Positions 51,839-64,000 of a stretch of DNA of 64,000 nucleotides are shown one piece after another. The translations under genes and the position numbers were made by a program. The stretch spans positions 1 through 64,000 of the forward strand of contig JAXLNO010000326.1 in NCBI GenBank assembly GCA_038087875.1, in the 5' to 3' direction. The notes beneath the pieces are model-generated. The model saw nothing but the letters and a program-made list of their open reading frames with translations, was not told the origin of the DNA and ran no database searches. This stretch comes from Malacoraja senta. Its lineage: Eukaryota. Each line of letters starts with the position of its first letter. Position 1 is the stretch's first letter.

Positions 51839-53647
51839 CGGCCCATGTTGACCAATCTGGGTCTCACTGCACACCGGGTACTACTCCTGACACCGACTCC
51901 AGTTGCATACCTTCACTCATTCCTGACCCTGAGTCCAGCCTTACACCTGCCCCCCCCCCCACTATTCTACCCTGATCATAGCTGCTTACCTGCTTAGGTT
52001 CCCAGTGCTGAACACTCCCCTGGTCCCAGCTTTGACTGCATACCTAGTACTATTCTAGACCTTGACTCTGGATGCACACCTGGCCTTGCTCCTATCCCCT
52101 CTGCACTGACAATATATCTGGCCCTCACATAAAGCCCCATATCTCACCCCCTGGACTTAACCTATTACGTTCAGGTCCACAGGTGCTTATCTAATGCAGT
52201 AATCTTTTATGGGGCACTTCACAGACCAAATTATCCATCACAAAATTTGCTACATCCATTGGCTTCCTTGTTATCTAACATGCTAGTTACTTTGTCAAAG
52301 AAATCATCAATTGGTTGAACACAATTTATCATCCATAAAATTATACTCACTCAGCTGTATAAGTATTCAGTTACCATATCTTTCATTTTCCTAACAAACT
52401 GTCCTGAAGTCATTTTCACCCCCAATATTTTCAGTATTTTGCTGTCTTCCTCTCAGCTGTGACTTTTCCGAAATGCAAAGTCCAATAACTATATCTTTAA
52501 GCAATATTATTCTCGTAAATGTGATCTTGAGAGTACATAATATTTTCTATGGTATTCATACCACAACAATGATAAAAAGATCTTTGTTTTGATTGCACCT
52601 ACCAACATGCATACATTATTATATTACAGTTAATATGAACCAAGGGCAAATATTAGTTCCAAAGCTCCCCATTCCCAATTACTTTTACACTGAAGTGATT
52701 GAAATCCAAGTGAAGTTTAAATGGCATCATAAAAGTCAAACCTCCGGAATGGATGATATTCATTAAGTGGTTGGTTGGGGTCAGTATCAGTACGATTAAT
52801 ATATTAAACTTTGAATCTTTAGATGTCCTGGTTCAAGCTGAAACTAAAGACTAATAATAATCTCCTCACAAATTCCCCTGCAAGTATTTCTGTCACTCCT
52901 TTAAAATATACCCCTTCTTTGAAAAAGCTCTTAAATATCGCATCTGAATCAGTTTCCATCTGATTACACTCCTTGAGGATGTTCATCTACGTGTTCAATT
53001 AATAAAACAACGAGATTGGGGACATTTCTATTCAACCTGTCAAAGGAATTTAGGGGGGGTGTGGTTAGAAATATTCAGTGAGGTAAACAAACATAATAGT
53101 TGAGTGGCAAATGACAATAGTGCTACCTTCCCAATATTTAACTGAAAGAAATAATAGGTTATCGGGGCTGTAAGTTGTGACAGACAACCTGACACCTTGC
53201 ATGTCATTTTAATATTACACTTATCCCATCCCCCTGGATATTCCAGATGCATAAAATAAGGTTTTGTCAACTAATTCCAAATCAGGCTATTTACAAATCA
53301 ATAACATTAGCCAACTCCGAAACATGAAGAGCTGAGCATTGGGATCTAGACATCATGGACAACTGGCTTCAGTTCCCGGCTCACATCTGGCAGTGTTCTC
53401 CGTCTGAACCAGGGACCGCGGAGCATTTTTGAAAGTGGGGAGGCAGAGCGATCACTGATCACTGGCTTTGGGGGTACCCGGTGAGGGAGTGGAGCAATCG
53501 AGTGGGGAGTGGGTGTGGAAGTGGGGTGTCCCCCCTCCCAGGGTTGAGACTTTTTGAAATTTGATGTATTAAAATCATGTTTTAGCGCATTGTAGAAGTA
53601 TGATTTCAATGTTTTTTGTATGAAATATTTTTAAGAGGTAACATTTT

Positions 53648-54258
53648 AAGGGGTAACCTTTTCCACACAAAGGGTGGTGGGTGTATGGAACAAGCTGCCA
53701 GATGAAGTAGTTGAGGCAGGGACCATCCTAACATTTAAGAAACAGTTAGACTGATACATGGATAGGGCAGGTTTGGAGGTATGGACGAAAAGCAGGTAGC
53801 GTAGCTGGGACATGTTGGCGGGTGTGGGCAAGTTGCGCCGAAGGGCCTGCTTTCACACTGTATCACTCTATGACTACATTATACCTCCACCATGCATTGT
53901 CATATACTCAAGCATAGAAACATAGAAAGTAGGTGAAGGAATAGGCCATTCGGCCCTTCGAGCCAGCACTGCCATTCAATATGCTCATGGCTATTCATCT
54001 AAAATCAGTACCTCTTTCCGAGTTTTTTCCCCATATCCCTTGATTTCATTAGCCCCAAGAACTAAATGTAACTCTCTCTTAAAAACATCCAGTGAATTGG
54101 CCTGCACTGCCTTCTGTGGCAGAGAATTCCACAGATTCACAACTCTCTGCGTGAAGAAAATTTGTCTTCATCTCAGTCCTAACTGGCCTACCCTTTATTC
54201 TTAAACTGTGACCCCTAGTTCTGAACTCCCCCAACATTGGGAACATTTTTCCTGCAGT
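53648..54258. mobile_element. Two CR1 3' fragments (53648-53875 plus strand; 53912-54258 minus strand)
   Basis: CR1 3'-end sequence with tails; TRGHSLRIK on the minus strand. Confidence 0.85.
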
Positions 54259-54429
54259 TACAGTAAGTGAAAATCTAGCAGGCAAGCAGGGTGCTTTCTC
54301 CAACCACTCCCATTTGAAGTCCACTATCTTCCACCGTTTCTACCTAGTGCTTGGTACTTACTTCCAGCAGCCATTGGTTGTCCTCCAGGAGGCACCGAGC
54401 CGCAGCCTGATACATGCTGGTCACCTGGG

Positions 54430-56267
54430 CGAATTTGGCACAGAGACTCTAACGGCAGCGGCGCAACGCTTCCAACGCCTCCGACGGACCGGTACTCTTG
54501 CACTGAGGCTGCTCCATGGCCGGAGTTGCAGTGAGCGACTCGCCAGCCCAGCAAACACTCGCCAGCCCAGCAAACACTCACGATCCCCGCTCCCCGTCCG
54601 CATCTGTCCCCGCCGCTGCTTCTGCTTCCAACTCCCGTGGCCCATGCAGTTGATATTAGTTTTGAAATTTTCGTTGAACACAGAATTTCCCACGGCAGAG
54701 CGTGAGAAATTTGTGATCATCGAGAGAATTTGGCAAAATTCGTGATTCCCACGCTCAATGCATGGGAGTTGGCAGCCCTGCCTCTATATACCCCTATCTC
54801 CCCCCTCTCTCTCTCCCCCTCTCTCTTCCCCTCTCTCTCACACCTCTATCTCTCCCCTCTCTCTCCCCCACTCTCTCTCCCCCTCTCTCTCCCTCCCCTC
54901 TCTCTCCCACCTCACTCTCCCCCCTCTTCCGCTCTCTCACCTCCTCTCTCTCACCATCTCCCCTCCCTCTCTCTCTCTGCTCTCTCTCCCTCTGCCTCTC
55001 CCTCTCTCTCCTCTCACCCATCTCTCTCCCCGTCTCCCCCCTCTCTCCCCTTCCCTCTCTTCTCTCTCCCCCTCTCTCTCCTCTCTTCCGCTCTCTCTCA
55101 ATTCTCCCTCCCCATCTCTCTCCCCCCTCTTTCTCCCCCTCTCCCTCTCTCTTCCCCCTCTCTCCCCTCACCTCACTCCCCCCTCTCTCTCGCTTCCTCT
55201 CTCCTCTCTCCCTTCCCCCTCTCTCCCTCGCACCTCACTCTCCCCCCTCTCTCTCGCCTCCTCTCTTCTCTCTCTCTCCACCCTCACCTCACCCTCTCTC
55301 CTTTCTCTCCCCTCTTTCCCCAAACTCTCTCTCCCTCTCTCTCCCCCCTCTCACTCTCTCCTCTCTCCCCCACTCTTCCCCCTCTCTCTCTCTCCCCCCC
55401 CACGCTTTCTCCCTCCTTTTCTATCTCCCTCTCTCTCCCTCCCCCTCGCTCTCTCTCCACACACTCTCTCCCCTCTCTCTCCCCCTCTCCCTCTCCTCCT
55501 CTCTCCCCCCATCTCTCCCCAATCTCTCTCCCATCTCTCCCCCATTTCTCCCTCCCACCTCACTCTCCCCCTTCCTCTCTCTCCCCTCTCTCTCCCCTCT
55601 CTTTCTCCTCTGTCTCTATCTCCTCTTTCTCTTTGCCCCCCTCTCTCCCTCTTTCCCCCATTTCTCTCTCCCCTTCTCACTCTCCCCCTCCCTCTATCCC
55701 CCTCTCTCTCTTCCCCCTCTCTCCCACCTCACTCTCCCCCCTCTTCTCCCCTCTCCCTCCCCTCTCCCTCCCTCTCTCTATCTCCCCACTGTCTCCTTTC
55801 CCTCTCTCTCCCCCCCTCCTTTTGAGAGTCTCTGTCCCTTCGGAACAGAGACTCTCACGGCAGCGGCGCAACGCTTCCGACGCCTCCGACGGCCCGGGAC
55901 GCTTGCACTGAGGCTGCTCCATGGCCGGAGCTGCAGCGAGCGACTCGCCAGCCCCGCACACACTCGCCAGCCCCGCAAACACTCGCCAGCCCGGCCAACA
56001 CTCGCCAGCCCCGCAAACACTCGCCAGCCCCGCAAATACTTGCCAGCCCCGGCTCCCTGCATCTGACCCCGCCCGCTGCTTCCACCCCTCCATCAGCCCC
56101 GGCTCTCCAACACCCGCGGCGCATGCAGTTGATGTGAGTTTTGAATTTTTCGTTGATCACAGAATTTCTAACGACAGAGCATGAGAAATTTGTGATCAGG
56201 GTGAGAGCGTGAGAATTTGCCCAAATGCGTTATTCTCACGCTCAAAGCATGAGAGTTGTCATCCCTG
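54430..56267. mobile_element. Two direct copies of a hAT-like MITE end flanking a ~1-kb CT-rich tract
   Basis: 54430-54780 resembles 55840-56267. They end GTTGGCAGCCCTG and GTTGTCATCCCTG (reverse complement of a CAGGGCTGCCAAC-type TIR) and contain 19-bp repeats AACACTCGCCAGCCCCGCA. Confidence 0.55.
54781..55820. repeat. Polypyrimidine (CT-rich) tract
   Basis: About 1 kb, nearly all C/T. Confidence 0.97.
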
Positions 56268-57009
56268 AGAGAAGTTGGCTCCTCGGCCTAACAAGGATAA
56301 CCCACCATTCAATAAGAACACGGTTGATCTGATCATAACCTCTTTCCTAACGGCTCACATGGCTGCCTCATTTCTTATAAACAACATATGCAATTGTGCC
56401 TTCAACATAATCAAATTCACCATCAGCCTTGGAAGAATAGTTTGTAAAAACATACAATTAGTAAGTGAAACAAAACAAAAACATGAATCTCTGCCGGAAA
56501 CGCAATTGAAGAAAAATAAACAGAGTGAGCTACATTTGTTGATGTCCTTATTTTGGAACAGAGCCCTTTAGTTCAGCCGTTCTCTCAACCTCATTCTCCT
56601 GCCTTCTCTCCACAAGCTTGACACATGCACCAATCAAGAATCTGATTAAAGCTCCGCCTTAAAAATATCCAGACTTCGGCTCCACAGATTCACCATCCTC
56701 TGCCTCAAGAAATTGCTCATCATCTCTATTCTTAAGGTATGTCTTATTCTGAAACTGTGCCCTCTGGTCCTAGACTCTCCCACTGGTGAGAACATCCTCT
56801 CCATATCCACTCTATCCAGGCCTTTCACTATTCGATGGGGTGTGGAGGGTGCAGAGAGGGTTCATGAGAATGGAGGGTGCAGAGAGGGTTCAGGTGGGCA
56901 GGGCTGGGGCATGGAGGGTACAGAGCAGGAACAGAAGAGTAGAGAGGGTGCAGAGAGAGTTCAGGAAGGTGGGGACAGTGTGGGTGAGTGTTGCAAATAG
57001 TGAAAATCT

Positions 57010-57470
57010 AACGTGCTGAAGCGAGCTGGATGACGTCACAATGCCTCTGCTCCTCGCGGCTAGCTGCGCAGAGGTTTCAACACGCAGCCGGCTGGCCACT
57101 CGATTCCACGAGCTCGGAGTTACATGGCCCAGCCACCCTCCCCTTCCCACCCCCCCACGGCTCTGGATTGAAGCCGCTAAACACGTGCTCAAGTCATGCT
57201 GCGGGTTCCGCTGGGCTCCTTGAAATTCTACAACATGGCGGTGGCGGTCGTTATCACAGCGCGAGCGCGGACAAGTGGGGTGGGAAAGTGGCCGTGACGG
57301 CCGTCAGAGGGGACGACCTCCTCTCCGTCTCCCCCGCCCATTTGTCTGTCATGCTGTTGGGTGGGCTTCCCCTCGCGGAAGCCACGATCGGCTGGCCCTC
57401 CGCTGCATTTGACAGTCCTCAGATCGCTCCGGACCTCGCTCGGGTCCCAGCAAGCTGCCGCCCCGCTCCA
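57010..57470. promoter_or_regulatory. CpG-rich, promoter-like segment
   Basis: High CpG density, full CRE TGACGTCA at 57031, YY1-like CAACATGGCGG at ~57231. Confidence 0.35.
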
Positions 57471-58179
57471 CTCCTCTCCTCTCTCTCTCTCTCTCTCTCT
57501 CCCTCTTCCCTCGTTTTTCTCTCGCACCTCTCTCTCTCCCCCCCCTCCTCTCTCTCCCCCTCCTCTCTCTCTCCCCCCTCCTGTCTCTCTCTCTCTCTCT
57601 CCCTCCTCTCTTTCTCTTGTTATTAGCTGCAGCATTGAATGCAAGTGCAGGGAGGCCTTGATACAAATTTATAGGGAGCTAATTAAGCCTTAAGTTGGAG
57701 GAGTGTGTGCAGTTCTGATCTCCATACTGTGGGAAGGATGTCTAAGAACTGGAGACGATGCAGAGGAGATTCATCAGGATATTGCTCAGAAATTAATATT
57801 TAAATTATCAGCAGACTGGAGTGATTTAAGTCGTCTTCCTCGAAGCTGGGGCGGGCAGGAGGTGATCAAGAAGTACAGAATACTATGAGAAAAATAGGGT
57901 CAATGGCAAAATAGTTTTCTCCATAGTAGAGATGGCTAACACCAGGGGGCATCGATTTAATGCGGGGACCTTGAGGTTCAGAGGATGATCTTTCAGGAAG
58001 AATCTTTGAGCAGTGATGGCTGCCGTCTGGGACACACTGCCTGAGGCAGGTGCTCTGTCACAACATTGTAGGATGTCAATTCGAACTGTAAATGGATAGT
58101 AATAATAATGAATTGGATTTATATCAGGTGCACACGCACTGTCAGGGCATCATATATATGTCACAGAAGGTTCACAAAC

Positions 58180-58272
58180 CTTTTTGTTCCTTTGATGTAG
58201 AGGCCACAGAATCACTTCCCCAGTCACCACCTTCAGCCATGATGTCGACAGGCATTCCCAAACTCTGTATCA
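58180..58272 (-). CDS. NLR first coding exon, copy B, intact ATG at 58240 (MAEGGDWGSDSVASTSKEQK)
   Basis: Acceptor ttgtttattttag, Kozak-like ATCATGG, phase-1 donor AAAG|gtttgt. Confidence 0.65.
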
Positions 58273-58517
58273 CTAAAATAAACAATATTAATAGAACCAT
58301 CAGGTGACAATTGAATGTGAAGGAAGACATTGCCTTGTGAACCAACAAACAGCATTACAGTGCAGCGGAGATGTGGAAAACACCCCATCCAAACAAGATG
58401 GTATACCCCAGCAAATTAGCAAACAATAAAAGCAGGAGTAGACCACTTAGCTCTTCATATTTGCCCTGTCATCCATAAGACTTTGTCTGATTTATCCAAG
58501 GCAGCTATTCATCATGT

Positions 58518-59916
58518 GTACACTACATCGGTAGTGGGGAAACTGCTAGGGTCAGTTATTAAAGATGGGATAGCAGCACATTTGGAGAGTGGTGAAATCA
58601 TTGGACAAAGTCAGCATGGATTTACGAAAGGTAAATCGTGTCTGACGAATCTTATAGAATTTTTCGAGGATGTAACTAGTAGAGTGGATAGGGGAGAACC
58701 AGTGGATGTGTTGTATCTGGACTTTCAGAAGGCTTTCGACAAGGTACCACATAAGAGATTAGGATACAAACTTAAATCACACGGTATTGGGGGTTCAGTA
58801 TTGATGTGGATAGAGAACTGGCTGGCAAACAGGAAGCAAAGAGTAGGAGTAAACGGGTCCTTTTCACAATGGCAGGCAGTGACTAGTGGGGTACCGCAAG
58901 GCTCAGTGCTGGGACCCCAGCTATTTACAATTTATATTAATGATCTGGACGAGGGAATTGAAAGCAACATCTCCAAGTTTGCGGATGACACTAAGCTGGG
59001 GGGCAGTGTTAGCTGTGAGGAGGATGCTAGGAGACTGCAAGGTGACTTGGATAGGCTGGGTGAGTGGGCAAATGTTTGGCAGATGCAGTATAATGTGGAT
59101 AAATGTGAGGTTATCCACTTTGGTGGCAAAAACGGGAAGGCAGACTATTATCTAAATGGTGGCCGATTAGGAAATGGGGAGGTGCAGCGAGACCTGGGTG
59201 TCATGGTACACCAGTCATTGAAAGTAGGCATGCAGGTGCAGCAGGCAGTGAAGAAAGCGAATGGTATGTTGGCCTTCATAGCAAGAGGATTTGAGTATAG
59301 GAGCAGGGAGGTTCTACTGCAGTTGTACAGGGTCTTGGTGAGACCACACCTGGAGTATTGCGTACTGTTTTGGTCTCCAAATCTGAGGAAGGACATTATA
59401 GCCATAGAGGGAGTGCAGAGAAGGTTCACCAGACTGATTCCTGGGATGTCAGGACTTTCATATGAAGAAAGACTAGTTAGACTTGGCTTATACTCGCTAG
59501 AATTTAGGAGATTGAGAGGGGATCTTATAGAAACGTACAAAATTCTTATGGGGTTGGACAGGCTAGATGCAGGAAGATTATTCCCGATGTTGGGGAAGTC
59601 CAGGACAAGGGGTCACAGCTTAAGGATAAGGGGGAAATCCTTTAAGACCGAGGTGAGGAAAAAGTTTTTCACACAGAGAGTGGTGAATCTCTGGAACTCT
59701 CTGCCACAGAGGGTAGTTGAGGCCAGTTCATTGGCTATATTTAAGAGGGAGTTAGATGTGGCCCTTGTGGCTAAGGGGATCAGGGGGTATTGAGAGAAGG
59801 CAGGTAAGGGATACTGAGTTGGATGATCAGCCATGATCATATTGAATGGCGGTGCAGGCTCGAAGGGCCGAATGGCCTACTCCTGCACCTATTTTCTATG
59901 TATCTATGTATCTATG
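58518..59916 (+). mobile_element. Young 5'-truncated CR1 with uninterrupted RT frame
   Basis: ORF 58483..59793 ([23 protein letters not shown]); absent from copy A. Confidence 0.97.
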
Positions 59917-61232
59917 TACCAGATCCCTGCAGATTTCAAAACTCCTGATCTCCGTATCGCTCTTCCAGACCAAACACGGTCAATCCTCAACATCCACACC
60001 TCGCCTGTTTGGAGGCTTCAACTCACAGAGAAAGGGGAAAATACCCACTGATGGGGAATTATTGTCACACTCTGCTGGCCCTATTCTTACCACAACCCTG
60101 CCATCCAGGACCAAGGCTTCCACACCACCATGTTACCCATTGCCAAATTTCCCACTAACTGGAACGGGGAATAAACCATTTCATGGGCCAACTGCAAACG
60201 TCCCAACTCTGCTGGAAACTGTAGTCCCCACTGCTCCCATGGCACATTCCACCACATCCCTGGAGTTCCCATTCCGGAATAGAAGGATTATATCCCAGGC
60301 CTGGACTCTGCTGGGTCTCCATGATGTCAGTTATCCGACTGCAGTCTCACCACCAGTCCCATTTCACTGGAGAATCATCTGTCATATCTCTACAGGACGC
60401 TGCCCAAACCCGCCTAAAAGGTTCATTGGGCGGCTTTACCGGGAGAGAGCTGGAGATGTCAAGCGCTAGGAGTGGCCCAATAGGAGGGTGAACTGGGCTC
60501 ATGCCCACAGCGCCTTCACGGTAGGTGGAGTCACCCGGTAGGTGGCCACAAAGATGGGTGAGGAGAGGGAGGTCAGTTCACAGGAACTGCACCAGGACAT
60601 CGAGCTCGCTGGCGGACCGAATTTGGACCTTGAAAATGGCGATGCCTACATGTGCTAAAAGAATTTCACTGTGCAGTTACATATTGAACTACTGAACTGT
60701 TGACCAAACATCTGTTCCTCAGCACTCAGCTCTCCAACTGATTCATCCTCAACAAACAGGGATTATCCTTTACTATCTTGCAGACATTCTTTATTATCAT
60801 AGCTGAATGATACAATTCTCCATTAAATGGTACTACTTCTGGTCCTTAACTATCCCAGCTGTGGACAGATGATCTCTCCCTACCTTTAAACAACCTCTAG
60901 CATCTAAATCAAAAATATTTGGTTATCTTACCGCTGTGTGGGATCGGGCCGAGCACATTTTTCCTACAGTGTAATAAAGACAAAGTGCATTTACTTTATT
61001 GATTATAATAGTAAATACTGAAAACAGTGGAAAGTGCAATGGTGGATGATCCATTGTCAGAACTGGGACTGTAATCAAATGGAGCTCAATCTGCTGTGTG
61101 CTTCCAGCATGGCAGCATTTTATCTTATTCCTCAGATCTTCTGGAATGGCAATGTTTCTTTAAATTTCCATGCCCCAAAAAAGTTGTAAAAATCCTGGTC
61201 AATAGATTTGTGCAAATGCCATACTTCCACTC

Positions 61233-61715
61233 AGGTTCACCAGACTGATTCCTGGGATGTCAGGACTTTCATATGAAAGACTGGATAGACTTGGCTTATA
61301 CTCGCTAGAATTTAGGAGATTTAGAGGGGATCTTATAGAATCGTACAAAATTCTTATGGGGTTGGACAGGCTAGATGCAGGAAGATAGTTCCCGATGTTG
61401 GGGAAGTCCAGGACAAGGGGTCACAGCTTAAGGATAAGGGGGAAATCCTTTAAGACCGAGATGAGGAAAAACTTTTTCACACAGAGAGTGGTGAATCTCT
61501 GGAACTCTCTGCCACAGAGGGTAGTTGAGGCCAGTTCATTGGCTATATTTAAGAGGGAGTTAGATGTGGCCCTTGTGGCTAAAGGGATCAGGGGGTATGG
61601 AGAGAAGGCAGGTACGGGATACTGAGTTGGATGATCAGCCATGATCATATTGAATGGCGGTGCAGGCTCGAAGGGCCGAATGGCCTACTCCTGCACCTAT
61701 TTTCTATGTATCTAT
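61233..61715 (+). mobile_element. CR1 3' fragment
   Basis: ORF 61395..61625 plus tail; absent from copy A at ~38553. Confidence 0.95.
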
Positions 61716-62803
61716 ACCCGACAGTCCCAACTCGTTAATTCTCATTTCATTATTCAAATATGTACAAAATGCCTTCCATGCGACAAGTCCTCAAAGTACA
61801 TTTTCCTCTTACTACCATTCTGCTGCACCGTCTCCTGGGATCACTCTCTCCGCTGTGACCAGAGGGTGATAAAAACGAGCAACACTCCTTTACTCCGGCA
61901 ACACAGCAAGTTGCTGGCCAAAAATAAATGTAAACGGGAATAACAGGTTCAACATCTGATGCCCCAATTTCATTATAAATAATTACCGTCAACGTTGGGC
62001 CATTTTGTAACTGAAACAAACTCCAACATTTACTTTACAAATGTATAGATCTGTGTCCTTGTGCAACATGAATCTCCACCAACACTTCCAATGACAAAAC
62101 GCAGCCTATTGCACTTTATCTGTTTATTTATGTGTGTATTCTATGGTATATGGACACTCTGATCTGTTCTGTACTTATGCTTACAATATTCTGTTGTGTT
62201 GCAGCAAGCAAGAATTTCATTGTCCTATCTGGGACACATGACAATAAACTCTCTTGACTTGACTAGAGGGCGAGAAAAATGTGCAACTCTCCTTACAGAA
62301 AGGCCTTTGCTGCGGCAATTGAGAAAGTTTTATCAGCAAAAATATCTGAAACAGGAAATAACAAGCTGACGATTTCATTATGAAATAGTTCCCTGAACAT
62401 TGAGCCATTTAGTTAGTGTAAAACAAACTGGGACATTTACTTTGACTCCAGCAGACTGCTCAGCTCATTCAACACATCAAGTGTTGGTAGCAACGTTATA
62501 CAAGTGTGTGTGATGGATGTGCAACATGAATCTACACCAACACATCCAATGACAAAACGCAGCAGCTGTTGCTCAACATGACTTTTCTGCTTCAAACTAT
62601 CACTGGGACACATTTACTCACAACAATAAATTCAATGTGCTGCTGACAGACAACAACAAATCTAATTCAATGGGGGAATTTAACCCGTCTCTCCCCAAGA
62701 TTAGAGCCGTCCACTGGGGAGAGGCGGACAAAACACTCACCGATGGATAGATGTCAATCTGCTGTCCTCGCTCCCCGGCCCGGAGTCTCCCCGCCAGCCC
62801 CGA

Positions 62804-63250
62804 CTGCCAGTACTTAAGATGGTCGCATTTGGCTTCACTCCCATTGACTTCAATGGGAGGCTGCCAGTAGTTAAGATGGCCGCCTGTCACTTCACTCGCA
62901 TTTACTTCAATGGGAGACTGCCAGTACTTAAGATAGCCGCCTATTGCTTCACTCCTATTGAATTCAATGGGATACTGCCAGTAGTTAAGATGTGCGTTCA
63001 AGAAGGAACTGCAGATGCTGGAAAATCGAAGGTAGACAAAAGTGCTGGAGAAACTCAGCAGTTGCGGCAGCATCTATGGAGCGAAGGAAATAGGCAACGT
63101 TTCGGGCTGAAACCCTTCTTCAGACTGAGTTGTGATGGATGTGCAGCATGAATCTCCACCAACACATTCAATGACAAAATGCAGATAAGATGTGCGTCTA
63201 TGGCTTCACTCCTATTGACTTCAATGGGAGACTGCCATTAGTTAAGATGG
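62804..63250. repeat. 57-bp tandem repeat (~5 copies) with near-palindrome CCCATTGACTTCAATGGG and AAGATGGC motif
   Basis: CTGCCAGTA(C/G)TTAAGAT at 62804, 62861, 62918 and 62975; resumes at ~63185. Confidence 0.85.
62996..63127 (-). ncRNA. Penelope-type pLTR fragment with minimal hammerhead ribozyme core
   Basis: Minus strand CTGAAGA-A-GGGT(ttca)GCCC-GAAAC-GTT. Confidence 0.7.
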
Positions 63251-63629
63251 CATCGCCCATTTTTGTAGTCCATCGGCGGCCATTCTTTAGTACAAGGCGT
63301 GCATTTTGTGGCGGTTGAGCTGTGGCGGCTCAGGCGGCCATTTTTGTAGTCCTGCCGTCTATGTGGCAGTCGGCCCCGGCGGCTGAGGTGGCCTTCAAAG
63401 GCGATCGATTCAAGATGCCTCCCTCGCCCCACCACTGCAGGTAGGGTCAGGACTCCACCCACCGTCGCCGGTGTCCATGGAGACCGGCTGCGGTGCCGCG
63501 CCCTCGGCGGAGGCTGGAAGATGCCGGGGAATCCGTCGCGGACCGTCAACTCTCGACCGGCCGAGGCTTCACCCCGATGCCATGCTGGGCTGGACGGGCA
63601 GCCAGCGCCCAGGGATCTTCAGGGGAACA

Positions 63630-64000
63630 ATATTATACAATAAGACAATATATTATACAATATAATACAATAATATATTATATTATATTATACGATATTA
63701 TACAACATTCAAAGGTTCATTTATTGTCACATACACCAATTGGTGTAGTGAAATTCAAGTTGCCATTGCAGCACATTAAAAAGAATACAAACATAACAAT
63801 AATAAAAAAATGTAAACATAAAAACATCCCCCCCACAATGGTTCCCACTGTGAGGGAAGGCACAAAGTCCAGTCCCCATCCCCTTGTCCACCCATAGTCG
63901 GGCCTATTGAGGCCTCCGCAGTCGCCGCTACGGGTGCCGATGTTACAGGCCCTTCTCGCCGGGTGATGGTGCTCCGGCGTCGGGAGAACCCTTGGGATGC
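63630..64000 (-). mobile_element. 3' part of a GC-rich non-autonomous retroposon with Rex1-like tail; runs off the window
   Basis: Shares GAAGGCACAAAGTCCAGTCCCC core with 28015-28981 and 10321-11078; tail ATTTCACTACAC..GTATGTGACAATAAA. Confidence 0.65.

Larger units (their letters stand above)
57621..62795 (+). repeat. Segmental duplication copy B (with two extra CR1 insertions)
   Basis: Colinear with copy A; lacks DIRS-2. Confidence 0.93.

Noticed and set aside
51277..51997. ORFs spanning X runs
   Set aside because: Artefacts of the N gap.
52820..53040. Possible minus-strand exon after ctttgacag
   Set aside because: Short frames, no recognisable protein and no convincing donor.
54730..56066. 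Long ORFs of 355-434 aa rich in Leu/Ser/Pro
   Set aside because: By-product of a CT-only tract that lacks stop codons; open in all three frames.
58483..59793. Autonomous active CR1 or domesticated RT gene
   Set aside because: 5'-truncated, lacks the endonuclease and a true start; the ORF begins in flanking DNA.

Overview
Repeat-dense vertebrate genomic DNA. The CR1 subfamilies, HE1-type V-SINE and NLR exon sequences point to a cartilaginous fish such as a skate or ray; this is inferred by recognition, with no database search. I see no intact full-length host gene. The host component is the 5' half of a minus-strand NLR-family (NACHT-LRR) immune gene, reconstructed from GT-AG exons between 3330 and ~39280. 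It appears inactivated: a CR1 sits inside a coding exon and the start codon reads GTG. A ~3 kb block carrying its first exons is duplicated at ~57620-62800, and that copy keeps the ATG. The rest is mobile DNA: many CR1 LINEs (one full length), four DIRS tyrosine-recombinase retrotransposons, a Gypsy 5' LTR/gag, Rex1/Babar, Tx1 and Penelope remnants, SINE-like elements, tandem repeats and a 200-N gap. The most notable observations are: (1) one DIRS inserted exactly into the internal complementary region (circle-junction mimic) of another; (2) an empty/filled site pair defining a 3-nt DIRS integration core; (3) conserved splice signals in all four DIRS; (4) a candidate HDV-like ribozyme heading an RTE-type short element; (5) a non-autonomous family with a shared core but different LINE tails. 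Coordinates were read by eye, and the boundaries of old repeats are approximate.
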